A DNA stretch of 50,155 nucleotides, the filler included, from Sphacelaria rigidula (Eukaryota): the NCBI GenBank assembly GCA_964200075.2. It is 9 parts of 9 records of this genome, joined end to end, with 100 filler letters (N's around TTAATTAATTAA, not from the genome) between each part and the next. Parts side by side here need not be neighbours in the genome. Positions count along the whole stretch, not along the records: positions 1 to 5,484 come from CAXNAA020026944.1; positions 5,585 to 11,068 come from CAXNAA020026945.1; 7 more parts are not named here. One strand, written 5' to 3'. The notes under the pieces are model-generated. The model did not search any database and was not told the origin of the DNA. It saw only the letters and a list, made by a program, of their open reading frames with translations. Each line of letters opens with the position of its first letter. Position 1 is the stretch's first letter. Shown piece by piece: positions 1 to 11,068 of this stretch. The position numbers and the translations under genes are program-made.

Positions 1-587
1 AGACGGTCCGCGTTTCGACCGTGCGACAACACCCACGCACCTTGCGAGTGATGGCCACTGTGCTGGACAGCGCTGGTACGTACTACCCACCGATGGGTCC
101 ATGCTTGCATACTCGGCGAGGTTCTCGGAAAAATAGCTGTGCGCATCTCTCTCGGGGAGCTGTGCACGTGGAGTGTATCTGTCTCCCACGCGTGGCTACT
201 GCTGGTGATGGGGTGAACCCACCGTGGCTACTGCTAGTGACCGGATCCCAACTGTCTGTCCCATGAAGAGCTCAACAGCCCACTTCTTCCAACCATGTCA
301 TGTTCTTCGCATTCTCAGGCGAACGTCCCTCCGCTCTCACGAAAATTAATACCCCAAACATTAATTTTTGTGAGAGTGATTTCGGGGGAGGTGAGAACGT
401 GGCATCAACTCACAACCAATCGGAATCATGGAAAAAAAACAAAAATACCCAACCGTCATAGTCACTATCACCATCACGTCGCGTTCTCACATTTTTGGAC
501 TCGATGAAACGGGCCCTCACACCGTACAGTGTGAGAATCCGGAGTAACTGAACCGCTAGCTTCACGTCCATATTTTCTATATATATT

Positions 588-1166
588 TAGAGCGGATGCA
601 CAGAGATATGTCTATCATGAGCTGAAACCGTACTCATACAGTGTACTACATACGAAGCCACACCGGGATCACACTCGAGACCACGGGCGGATCATACCTA
701 CACCCTACTCCGTCACAACATCAAACCTCAAGAACCACAACCACACACGACATGCTCAGCTTTTCCCCAACCAAGGAAAAGAAGATGCGCTCGAGAGGCG
801 AGAGAGGATGACAGTCGATAGCGGTGATAATCAATCGCAGCGTCGGGCGCTACATTTTGAGCAGGCGCACAGAGATAGTCTGTAGTGAGCTGAAACCGTA
901 ATTATGAGCGGGTGCACAGAGATAGTCTGTCGTGAGCTGAAACCGTAATCATGCGGGGTACTACATACTGAACCACGCCCGGATCACACTCGACAACACC
1001 GGGGAATCATGCCTACACCCTACTTCGTCACAACACCAGATCTCCTCAAGAAACACAAAAACACACGATATGTTCAGCTTTTCCCCAACCAAGGAAAAGA
1101 AGATGCGCTCGAAAGACGAGAAAGAATCACCCTAGAGCGGTGATAATCAGCCGCAGCGTCGGGCGC
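588..1166 (+). repeat. Tandem duplication of a ~265-bp unit (~588-850 and ~906-1166) with an extra partial ~48-bp copy between them
   Basis: Shared blocks GCACAGAGATA..TGAGCTGAAACCGTA, CAGCTTTTCCCCAACCAAGGAAAAGAAGATGCGCTCGA and AGCGGTGATAATCA..CGCAGCGTCGGGCGC. Confidence 0.9.
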
Positions 1167-2124
1167 GCGATTGCGCCGATCCATCGTGCACTGGCACGGT
1201 CATCGAAAAGCACGCCAACTCTAACCCTAACCATAGGGATGCTCAAATTCCGATGCGGTTCCCTAAGCACGCAGTCCTCTCACGCATTGCAGAGAGATGA
1301 TTCTGTCGTGAACCCGGTGAGTTATTACGTACCATGCTGCAATATTAATTCAAAGTGGGTGCGGCGTTCGCCGTTATCATGTTATTGTATCGTTCGCTGT
1401 TATCATCATAAAGCCATATATCTGAGAAAAACAGGTTTGCGTTTCGAAGCGTTTCAAATAGAAATTGAAGTCGTTGGTCGGGATAAAACCGTAATAATAC
1501 CGTGTATATTACCTCATGCTCTTCCCACGACTAGGCGCCTTCTTCTCCTGCTCATACTCCTTAGGTAGAACACTTTTCCTTTACACGAGGAATCGAATTT
1601 GAGTCCTTACTCGGCATCCCCCCCCCCCCCCCCCCCCCCGTGCGCTTTCTTCCCACTCCTTCCCCCCCCCCCCAACCCTGTTTTTTTTTTTTTTTTTTCT
1701 TTGTTTTTTTTNNNNNNNNNNGTTAAAAACTTTTTCTTTACACGAGGAATCGAATTTTAGTCCTTACTCGGCATCCCCCCCCCCCCCTTTAAGCGTTGCT
1801 CTTTCAGAACACTGCTTTCCGACACCACAAATCGTTTTTGTTTTTTGTCATGCTGCGTTGTTCTTTATTATGATGCTTCGACACAAATTACATAAGGGAA
1901 ATGTACCGCCTAGACTCAAACTCGGGTCTAAGTTTCTTACGGTGCACTCGATACCATTCCTCACGCTCTTCATTTTTTACAATCACACAGTAACGGCCCA
2001 TCTCCCCGCCAACCCTGCTGCCAAAACCAGCGCCGAACCTTTCATGCTTCTCGAACAATCATTTTACACAACAAAACACGAGGGCTTGGCTGTTTATAAT
2101 GCGTCAGCCGTGACCCGCTAAAAA

Positions 2125-2163
2125 AGGGACCGCTGCAGGCCGAAGGCCGGCGAGGGACCTTGT
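2125..2163 (+). mobile_element. Possible Helitron-like 3' terminus
   Basis: GC-rich hairpin GCAGGCCGAAGGCCGGC followed ~7 nt later by CTTGT and an AT-rich flank, resembling the hairpin + CTRR end of rolling-circle elements. Confidence 0.35.
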
Positions 2164-2726
2164 ATTTTTATATAAGAATATATCCTGCACATTTCTTCGC
2201 AAATACGATCGGGACAGGCTCGATCGTCCGAAAATACCGAGAGTCAAAATCTGCGCTGAAACTTGACAGGACCCCCGATGACTGATCAGCCCGAAAGTCA
2301 CTCAATATCGAGTACAGATGATTTTTTCTTCTTGGAATGCGGAGCGGGTACAAATATCTTCAGATTCTCAACGTGATGAGCGGTGGCAAGCGCAAGAACC
2401 TAACAAAATCGTCCATCACGAAGAAATTACCAATAATAACAGTTTGGGCGCCCAGTACTGTAAAAGGCAAGATTTCTGAGGAAAAGATATCAGCAACTGT
2501 GATCCAAATACTTCCTTTTCATCCCTTTTTTATTTATATCGTCACTATCGAGCAGCTGTGATTCCCAACATTGTACTCTGGTTCGTTTTTGTGTTTGTAT
2601 CGTCATTATTCACGGGTTCTGCAACACGTGAGTCTAGCATATCCGTTTGCAGCTAGGGTGGGTCACCTGAGTGTTAGTCATATTTCAAGTCGAATGAGAT
2701 CGATGCCACAGGTATTCGCCCCTGGT

Positions 2727-2734
2727 TGTGTGTG

Positions 2735-2769
<35 letters not shown>

Positions 2770-3123
2770 TGTCGTCCCATCTATTCTGGACGCCAGTCTA
2801 CACCTTCCTGTATATGTGGGCGCACCGGCCGGGGTCACACAGGAGGAAGGGTAACAAAGGAGATCTTTTTTTTTGTTTATGTTACTTCTTCCTTCTGCGG
2901 CGCTTGCCTTTTTTTATTTTTCATCGCGAGAGGGGTCCAGCAATCCCTTTCCCTCGTCGACGATTATACTGAGTCGGATTTTGTGTACCCCCGACATCGT
3001 CGCTCTCCACTGTTGGGCATTGTGTAAGAAAAATTCCCAGACAGCTGCGAGATTCGAACCCACGGCCCAGCTGTACTGTCAGAAGGTTCCGAGGTTGCCC
3101 ACTGAGCCACCGGGGCGACCGGC
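2727..3123 (-). mobile_element. tRNA-derived SINE, family A, with (CA)n tail
   Basis: Minus strand begins GCCGGTCGCCCCGGTGGCTCAGTGG (A box) ... GGGTTCGAATC (B box) and ends in the (TG)n tract at 2727-2769. Related copies at 5585-5623 and 22014-22156. Confidence 0.8.
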
Positions 3124-3235
3124 GAAATGCGATTGAAAAAAAACGTGGACCGTGCGACATGCAAAACATAAAAAAATCGAGGGAAATGCAACGCTTGAAG
3201 TGAGAGGTACAAGCTGGCGGATTTGAAATTGGTAC

Positions 3236-3394
3236 CTCAGCACTCTGGCCCGGCCCGGCGTGCGCGCACACGCCAAAAGGGGAGCTGGCGGCTGGTGCGC
3301 TTCTCATACGTGTGGTCGTGCAACTTGTAGCTTCGGCACAATGTGCAGACGCCTCTCCGCAATCAGAACGCGTCGATCCTACCCCAACGCCGAC
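3236..3394 (-). CDS. Candidate internal exon of an unknown protein (VGVGVGSTRSDCGEASAH...GPGQSAE)
   Basis: TTGCAG acceptor, GAG|GTACC donor, 159 nt open in phase 0-0, GC-rich. No recognisable homology. Confidence 0.35.
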
Positions 3395-4849
3395 CTGCAA
3401 CGACACATCAACACGACGACACATTATTGATGAAGGGAAAGTAGACTATAGGAACACAACAATATGAGGAAATCAACAACGTGTAAAGGTTAACATCGGT
3501 GTTGAAAAAAAGCATGGGACTGCCCTGCTTTGTGGTTCTCAGACAGTTCCATTACCCGTCCTAGAGTAAAAACATTGTTTCCTTCACCTCTCCACATGAG
3601 TTTCATCATTCCTCGGGCTTTACACACTCACTGTACAGCCGTTCTACGATAATAGCCCTCCTCCCCCAATAAAGTGCAACTCTCACCGCCTAAAATAAAT
3701 CTACGAATTTCGTGTTTCCAAGAGAACACAAATTTGTCAGTTCGCCAAGATTTTCTGGTTCATTATCCACCTCACAGAGTTGATCGTGTCTTTACAGAAA
3801 ACCAAAATTTGTGATTGAAATAGCCTTAGCTGGTTTCAGAACCAGCGCATTGCATCGACGTAGTCGTACCGAAAATGTATCCCAACAAAAATAGCAATAG
3901 CAACGCGCCAACGCGCGTGTCACCCGTACCAAATTATTGACAGGTTACTGTCAAACTGCCCAAAGTGGATGTTTGTATCACAAATCGACACCTTGATCAT
4001 GGAGAAGGGAGAGTAGAAACTAGAATCGCAGCTACTTGGGGACCTCGACACCGTTGTTAAAAAGAACATAAGACCGCCCTGCTTCGGCTTCGTCATCGTT
4101 TTTACCTCAGTCTCCAGTATGTTTTTCCTGAGGGCGGCGGGGAAGGGAGGGGGGAGTTGGCGGGGTCAAGCTGACCCCGGGTCCACGATCGCCCGTCTGA
4201 CGAATCCCCAGGCTTCTACATTGGTCGGCATCGTGTCAACCTACGAAAAGCCATGCGCACCGAATAGATGGGAAGTCTCATCCTGCTTGGTATCCTTTTC
4301 GCCAGTGTCGTCCACATGGGATGCGTCTCGCAGTGAGAAACCAGCTATCATGCCCGGATGAGGCGGGTCATGCACTAAGAAACCAGCTCTGACGCCCTGT
4401 ATGGCCGATTCTTCGATGCACTTTTGGGCTGTTTTGGGGGTGAGCTATCGTAGTAGGACGGGTCTGTCATGGGGCATAGCTTCCTACATTGCACCTAATT
4501 CGGCACACTGCGCGCAAGGGAGTTCACGCGCCAACTCCAATCATGGCGCCCATACATGTGGCTCTTTTCCCACTCATTTGCCGTTTACCGACGCCACAAC
4601 GATCGCGCTCCCTTGTCCTCGGGTATGGTTCCCGACTCTCTCCGCATCTACACGAGAACTGGACTTACAACTCACAACGCGTCGGTATTTTGTGCTCGCG
4701 GGAGTTTATGTGACATCGTGCTGTTGGAGGGTCGTCCGTCACCAACAGACGGTTATCACATCATCGATGATTGGTTCAAGGAACGGATTAAGTACAGTGA
4801 TAGCGTTCAGACTTACAGAATAACATGCGCTCAACCCATGGTATGTCAA

Positions 4850-5412
4850 AAAGATATTTCGGGACACGGAAGAACAGCTGATGATATACGACGAGTTGAG
4901 AGAGAGGATAGGGATGAAAACATATCTACATGGCCCAATGGACTCCGCAGCAAAGTTGTAAGTGCGATTTCGGGTGGGAGACCTGAACCTGCCAGAAAGG
5001 AGGAAGATGTATACCTGTATTCGAGTGAAGGAGAAAGTAGATGCAAAGAATCGCCCTTGTGGCAAATCTATAGAGGCTAGACCTCATACAGTGGGGGGAC
5101 GTGAACTATACAAGAAGGATCGGGACGTGTCGGGGAGGGGAAAATGTGGGAACTAAATGAAGGTGGCATGGTAATGTTTGATACGTTGGACATCAGGGAG
5201 AAAATGGTTGCTTGAGTAGGAGATAGATGATAGCCACAGACGGCGAATCAGGAAGGAGACAAGATATGTGAAACGATTCTGTGTAATGTGTCGAAGAAAC
5301 ATAATGAGCGCCGAAATGTTGGAGGAATCTCTATGAGGAGTCGAAACACTGCTCCGTCTCAAAAGGGCTGCGTGGTCAAGGATCAAACGACTAGGGCAAG
5401 CAACAAATGAGT

Positions 5413-5413
<1 letters not shown>
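4850..5413 (+). mobile_element. 3' fragment of LINE family 1 (decayed end of ORF2 and 3' terminus)
   Basis: Matches 27218-27745 and 39089-39739 (GAGAGAGG.GATAGGGATG.AAACAT...; terminal ACTA.GGCAAGCA.CAAAT.AGTAC). Contains a decayed CxC...H...C zinc-knuckle. Confidence 0.8.
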
Positions 5414-5445
<32 letters not shown>

Positions 5446-5584
5446 ACTCCCCCCCCCCCCCCCCCCCCCCACTCGCTCCACAGCNNNNNNNNNNNNNNNN
5501 NNNNNNNNNNNNNNNNNNNNNNNNNNNNTTAATTAATTAANNNNNNNNNNNNNNNNNNNNNNNNNNNNNNNNNNNNNNNNNNNN

Positions 5585-5623
5585 GGTTACGAGGTTACCA
5601 ACTGAGTCACCGGGGCGACCGGC
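5585..5623 (-). mobile_element. Truncated head of SINE family A at contig edge
   Basis: GAGGTTACCAACTGAGTCACCGGGGCGACCGGC matches 3091-3123. Confidence 0.75.
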
Positions 5624-5804
5624 TCTAGAACTCGCAAAAAACAGTTCAAATTTCCCATATATGCGAACTTTCGTCACCGGGAAAACGTCCGTTCGAGTTC
5701 GGTGCAAGAATATGTCACATTAGTACACTTGAACTCAGAGTGGTGCACCGTACTGGTGGGCTGCATCATTATCAACAGTTAGAGAAAAATAACCATACCT
5801 TGGC

Positions 5805-5861
5805 CAAGAAAACGTCAACTGTAAATCGTCATTTTTCCATCAACGGTTCCAAGAGGGTTAA
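5805..5861. mobile_element. piggyBac-like transposon terminus; related end at ~11172-11223
   Basis: Reverse complement reads TTAA|CCCTCTTGGAACCGTTGATGGAAAA. A second copy TTTTCCATCAACGGTTCCAAAAGGGTTA is in C3. Confidence 0.5.
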
Positions 5862-6904
5862 GCATATCGCCGTGAACTGCAGGCCAAGCTGGTAACGCAC
5901 GGCTCCGCCGCTGGTCGATTGGCGCAGTTTCGGCGATGATGTTATTGCCCTGGATTGAGTACCCGGGTGCGTCTCATACCGTGGCGTGAGAGCGTGTTCC
6001 GTTTTTTTTCTTCTGAGGAAACGCGGCGGAATTACGCATGACAACTTTGACACGCACAGTCAAGAGTGCACTGGGAATGCTACGAGAAGGCATCAAGCTC
6101 ATCAGCAGCTCCATTATGGGAGGGAACTTCCGAGCCGATTGTCGCAACTCAAACTGGGCTGCAACGCTTTCCCTTGACCAAATCGGTAATGATAATCGAT
6201 TTTTTTTCAGTTGAAAAAAAAAAAATCAAGATTATGAGGTAAAAATTGGTCGTGTGGGGATACGAACTCGTGACCTGTAGCATTGGAGGCTCGTGTCCAG
6301 TTGGACCACCGTGGAAAAGCGGTGTAGCACAAAAACCACCAGGCTAGGCCCAATTTTAGGACTTTTTAGCCGAAATTTTACCAGGGGTTCCTCCGCGCAA
6401 TATGTACAACATTTCAGGGGATGCCGCCGTTTTTCGTTTTCTTCATAGAGTTGACATTTTTCCACTTTTTGCTGAAATTCCGAATCGCTCTAACCTTCCG
6501 TTTTGTTTTTTATTTTTTCTTGGCATCTTGAGAAAATGTTGCGCATGTTGACGACAAGAAATTTTCGTGTCAAAATTTCACGGTTCGGACGAATCATCGC
6601 CGGCTCGAATAACTAAATCTACGATTTTTCAGGCGTACTTGCTCGAGAGAAATAAAAAAGTTGACCGTCGGGCAAGAAATTCTCCAAGCAATTTCTTCGC
6701 CATTCCACGTCCCTGGGCCGCGCATACCTGGGCTGGAATGCTGAAAACAAAGCTAAAGGATTGATTCGTACGATGTGAATCAATGACACTGAAATCAAGT
6801 GATTTTCAGACGAATCGTTAATTCGTTCGACCCTTGCAGAATTTCACGCGTCGGACGTGTTATTACTCGTCGAAACGAGTGCACTCGTGGATGTTTTTTG
6901 AAAA

Positions 6905-8395
6905 CACAACGAGCATGACTCGTGTGCTCGAGTCACTACTTTTTTTCACAACGAGCAATGACTCGCGTGCTCGAGTCATTACTTTTTTTCACAGCGAGCA
7001 ATGACTCGAGTGCTCGCTCTATTTACCCTTTTGGCACCGAGCACCCATCAACACGGGGTTGACCCTGTGTTAGTGAAATAATTAAAGATGAGTCTTCGAG
7101 TGACCTGCCTCATCATGGCGAGGCGAAATTTATCGACCAGACCCGAACGACCAGCGCGGGGACTGCTGCCGAGTGTGATGTCACTGCAAAGATAGCGTGG
7201 GGGCCCTATCCCTGGCCCAGATAAGCCTTCCCAGGTTTCTAAAGCCAGGATGCTCGGAGCATGGCTTATCATATTACTTGCATTCAGTATACTATAGCGT
7301 TCCCGGGGTTTGCCAGGACTTTCTTGGGGTCGCCAGCCTATACTAAAACGTAGTGATTACACTGACACAGGGTGGAGTGAGAAAACCGGGAAGGAATGTA
7401 CATGCCAAAATGTGGTCATTTTCACACGGCACTAAGCCCAGGTGGGCCGTGGAAAGACAAAAGGAACTACCGTCATGAATTCTGCTTATCCCTCTGCCGA
7501 TGGCTTGCAGAAAACTGTGAACATGTATGCAGTGGGCAGGGATGAACAAGCTGTGTATAGGCAGCTGAGCTCTGTCGCTAAGAACTGCCTAGAACGTGCA
7601 AGGGAGTATGCAGCGGCAGCTGCTGCTGCAGTCGGAGAGGCGTATTGAACTGTACTGTACTTACGTATGTGCGCCGCAACGCCCATACTCTTCGAAGAGC
7701 ATTTGCCGCATGCAACAAAGAGGGGAATGGCGGCCCACCCCGACCATAAAGGGCTGTGTGGCAAGGTGATGGGAACAATAATATCATCCAAAGCCGCAAG
7801 TGGCGGGCGGCCCGCCGGTCGCCGCATCCTGTTAAAAGCTCTCTACCGCGACCCATACTGCTTGCTACATCAGATATACATTACCTGATGCGCACCCTCC
7901 ACCTGAAAATAGATTGGATGTAAGTTTCGGTCTTCCTCAATATGCGACCCTGCGGTTATATACGCGGATTTTCAGCAACATGCCACTGTTTCATGCAGAC
8001 GTCAAACACGTCATTCCTAACCAGCCTCATTGGTCGTTCTGGGGGCCCGGTCCCAAAGGGATTAATTTTCTCCACAACGAGCAATGACTCGAGTGCTTGC
8101 CCTATCAATTTTGTTTCCACAACGAGCAATGATTCGAGAGCTCGCCCTATTAGTTTGTTTCTACAACGAGCAATGACTCGGGTGCTCGCCCTATTATTTT
8201 TTGCCACAACGAGCAATGACTCGAGTGCTCGCTCTATTAATTTTGTTTTCACAACGAGCAATGACTCGAGTGCTTGCCCCATTATTATTTTTTTCCACGA
8301 CGAGCAATGACGCGAGTGCTCGCTCTAGTAATTTTTACGGCCAACGAGCAGCCCAACGAGTGCGAGTGCCCCAAGTCACACTCGTGCTCGTCCGA
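6905..8395 (+). mobile_element. Putative non-autonomous element bounded by direct arrays of ACAACGAGCAATGACTCGAGTGCTCGC (3 copies 6905-7020; 6 copies 8073-8325) around ~1 kb of cargo
   Basis: ~42-bp period with T-rich linkers. The same array and downstream GGCCAACGAGCAGCCCAACGAG..GCGAGTGCC...CGTGCTCGTCC end recur at 16753-16990. Confidence 0.6.
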
Positions 8396-8695
8396 AGTGT
8401 GCAAAATTTCAGCGTCCAACTCCTCAAACTGAGCACCGCCTCACCCGATTACCGACAAGAATCACCACCAGCTGACTCAGCTCGTACCATGATCATCATC
8501 CCAGGCTGCTATTATCCAACACAACTCAAAATGGTCTGACACTTTTGCGCGCTCCCCGCAAGGCCCACGGCAAAATCACGCGACAAGCTCCGGGACACTG
8601 CGACACTGACGACAAAATTAACAAAACCCGGTACAAACGACACAAAGATATATCCCGGGATCGAGTAACCCGATGAACCGCTACAACATGCTCAC

Positions 8696-8970
8696 CTGCC
8701 CCTCACCATCGCCCCCCCCACCAATAGACCAGGGATTAAGGGTGCACCCGTGCAGGCTAAACAGCGTGCCAGATCCCATCCCAAATTCATCCATGTTCGT
8801 CTTCCCCACCAGCGGGGCCCCGGCCCCTTTCAAGCGTCGAGTAGCGGTAGAGTCGTAGGGCGGCGTGAAACCCTCGAGGATAGCCGATGAGGCTGTTGTG
8901 GGGACACCAAGTGTACAGAAATTGTCCTTCGCCGCATACGGGATGCCATCCAAGGGACCGAGCAGGGCTC
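8696..8970 (-). CDS. gatA: Glutamyl-tRNA(Gln) amidotransferase subunit A, exon with start of the amidase signature
   Basis: [67 protein letters not shown]...TLNPW. CCGACAG acceptor, CAG|GTGAGC donor; phase 1 matches the upstream exon. Confidence 0.93.
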
Positions 8971-10091
8971 CTGTCGGAGGGTTGGAGACGGATCATAGCG
9001 ACGACGCAAGGGGAGGGGGTAGGGCGATAGAATGTGTGGACGCAGGGCTAGCTCTCGCGATGAGTCTCCGAGCGGGAATATGAAGAACTGGAAATAAAAG
9101 AAAATTAACAGCCAAAAATTGCGCGTATCACCCGGGTTTCCTGCAGTGAAGAAGGCAAGCATTTGAAAATGTGTATGTGGCAGGCGCCGCGCGGAGCTCG
9201 TTGTTTCCAGCGCATTTCACCCCACGCGAGCGAGAGTCGTGGGATACACTTATCGTCATCATCGGGGCAGGTACAGACTGACCCTGCGGTCGTGAAGCAT
9301 AACGTTTGGGTGACGGACGAGTTCTTTTGTGCTAGACGGTACACCAACAGTGAAGAGACAATTTTGCTGCGTGTTCGCATCGTGAGTATTCATATTTTTA
9401 CAGAGGGAGTCCTAGCTGACGCATCGGATGTGGATGTGCACCCCGCCCAACGCACACTGCACAACCAGAGCGAGGTTTGCAAAGTGCCTGGTACTCGCTC
9501 GTCTCAGGAGCGCTGCAGCACCAATCCGGCGCCCCAAGAGTAGCACGGGGCCGTTCGAGGACAAGATAAAACGAGCAGGGGGATGCAAGCCGCCTCAATA
9601 CATTTATCACGGCGGTTTGGGGCACCAGAGATGATTGGTGCAGTGCTTCCACGATACTTTCAAGGGCATGCTGTGGCTATTTTCACTGTGGGCTCACATG
9701 TACTGGGCACGTTTGCGTTTGATACATCCAGTGTCTTCCTCCTTTCGAGACCTAGAGCTTCGTGCTCGTGATAATATGGTGCTTGCACGGATTTTTTTCG
9801 AGTCCGAACTTGAAAGTCTTCTCCGCGAGAAAAGCTTGTCGTGAGTTTTGCGTGCCCGGTAAGCTTGCAACGAACCCAACATGTCTCTAGACAAGATGTA
9901 CCGTCGCAAACGGGGTGATATATGGGGTTTTGAAGGCCAACGCGTAGCACATGCTGGGCAGCCCGCCCCTCCCCCTAGAGAGACGATAGAACAAGATGAA
10001 GGGCTCCAAGACGTACAACGCTAGCAGTGACCGTGAAACTCAAAGTTCGTGCACGAGGGCTACAAAATACGAAGTACCGGGGTTAGCTTAC

Positions 10092-10251
10092 CGCTAGCCT
10101 GTCGAGCATCCGCAGCTTTTGCCTCGGAGCGAGCGGTATCCGCGCACTCCACCACGAAGGCGTTAAGCCAGCTTGATCGTTCCATTTGCGCTAAGCAGGC
10201 CTCGGTCAGGTCAGAAGGTTTCAGCTCGCAGGTCTGGACCTTCCTGGAGGC
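10092..10251 (-). CDS. gatA: GatA N-terminal exon
   Basis: ASRKVQTCELKPSDLTEACLAQMERSSWLNAFV...ARSEAKAADARQASG fits the amidase N-terminal helices. G|GTAAGC donor splices in frame to 8970. Confidence 0.85.
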
Positions 10252-10401
10252 CTGGCCCGTTTTTTTTTCCGACATACGTGCATACACGGTATGGAAACAG
10301 TAGAGCGGGGTGAAAGTGGTGCGGAAAGAAAAGTAAGGTCGAAATCGAAATCTTTGCATCGTCCCTTGACACACGTGCGCGCGACGTAGGACGAAGCGTA
10401 C

Positions 10402-10539
10402 CGCCTTGATTGTTTGAGCGAGCGGGTGATAACTGAACAAAATTCAATGACAGAGCATTTAGAAGCCCACGCAACCCACATGGTTGTACCCTTTACGAGA
10501 TAAATTGACCGCCACAGGTACACTAACAATCCGGCTCAT
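10402..10539 (-). CDS. gatA: Predicted first two short gatA exons (10539-10490 and 10432-10402) encoding MSRIVSVPVAVNLSRKGYHPLAQTIKA
   Basis: ATG, GT-AG introns of 57 and 150 nt with consistent phases. TIKAASRKVQ resembles the GatA start, and the Arg/Ser/Val-rich leader could be an organelle-targeting peptide. Confidence 0.5.
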
Positions 10540-10976
10540 TCTTGCTACCGCTGACAGCGGCACTTGCCTACGGCGACGCCTGCCTGTTGTTTGGTCACGG
10601 TGTCACTAGCTGCGAACTCCGAGCATCGTACTATACGCGATTCACTGCAGAGACGGACAACCCCACCCTGCGTTCAGCGAAGACTTGATACGCCCTTCGC
10701 CATATTTTCTTGTTTGGTCAAGGTAGCTCAGATCGGCCGCGGCCCAGGACACAACACCCTTACACACTGCAGCAGGTTCTTCTGCGAGAAAATGCTCACA
10801 GGTGTATTGGATTCAGATAAACATGAACGAATGCTCAAGGAATCGTATGTGTGCCATGTATGGATAGATTCGCGTGCGCTTCAGACGGGAAAAATGCGAA
10901 CGAAGGGCACTGATGAAGGAGCGCTCTCTCATGAATGTTGGTATCGCACAGTAACACCCCCCCCCCCCCCTCCCCG

Positions 10977-11068
10977 ATGTTCGCGGACGATTTTGTGGGA
11001 AATTCAGAAACACCAGAAGGATTACAGACACAGATGGACAAGGCGCTAGAATACACGAGGAAATGGAG
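10977..11068 (+). mobile_element. LINE reverse-transcriptase fragment (family 1)
   Basis: MFADDFVGNSETPEGLQTQMDKALEYTRKW contains the FADD catalytic motif. Homologous to 23594-23690. Confidence 0.85.

Noticed and set aside
1570..1790. Direct repeat CTTTACACGAGGAATCGAATTT.AGTCCTTACTCGGCATCCCC on both sides of a 10-N gap
   Set aside because: Most likely overlapping contig ends broken at a poly-C run.
3040..3123. tRNA gene (also 21325-21397, 22014-22075, 48605-48660)
   Set aside because: A and B boxes are present but I could not build a full cloverleaf, and most are attached to repeated SINE bodies.
3236..3394. Downstream exon of gatA
   Set aside because: It lies on a different contig and lacks the expected GGSSGGS motif.
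5529..5540. Periodic TTAATTAATTAA as a biological motif
   Set aside because: It is a synthetic six-frame stop linker embedded in Ns.
8073..8325. CRISPR-like array of palindromic 27-bp repeats (also 6905-7020 and 16753-16920)
   Set aside because: The linkers are only ~13-18 nt, T-rich and similar to each other. There are no cas genes and the context is eukaryotic.
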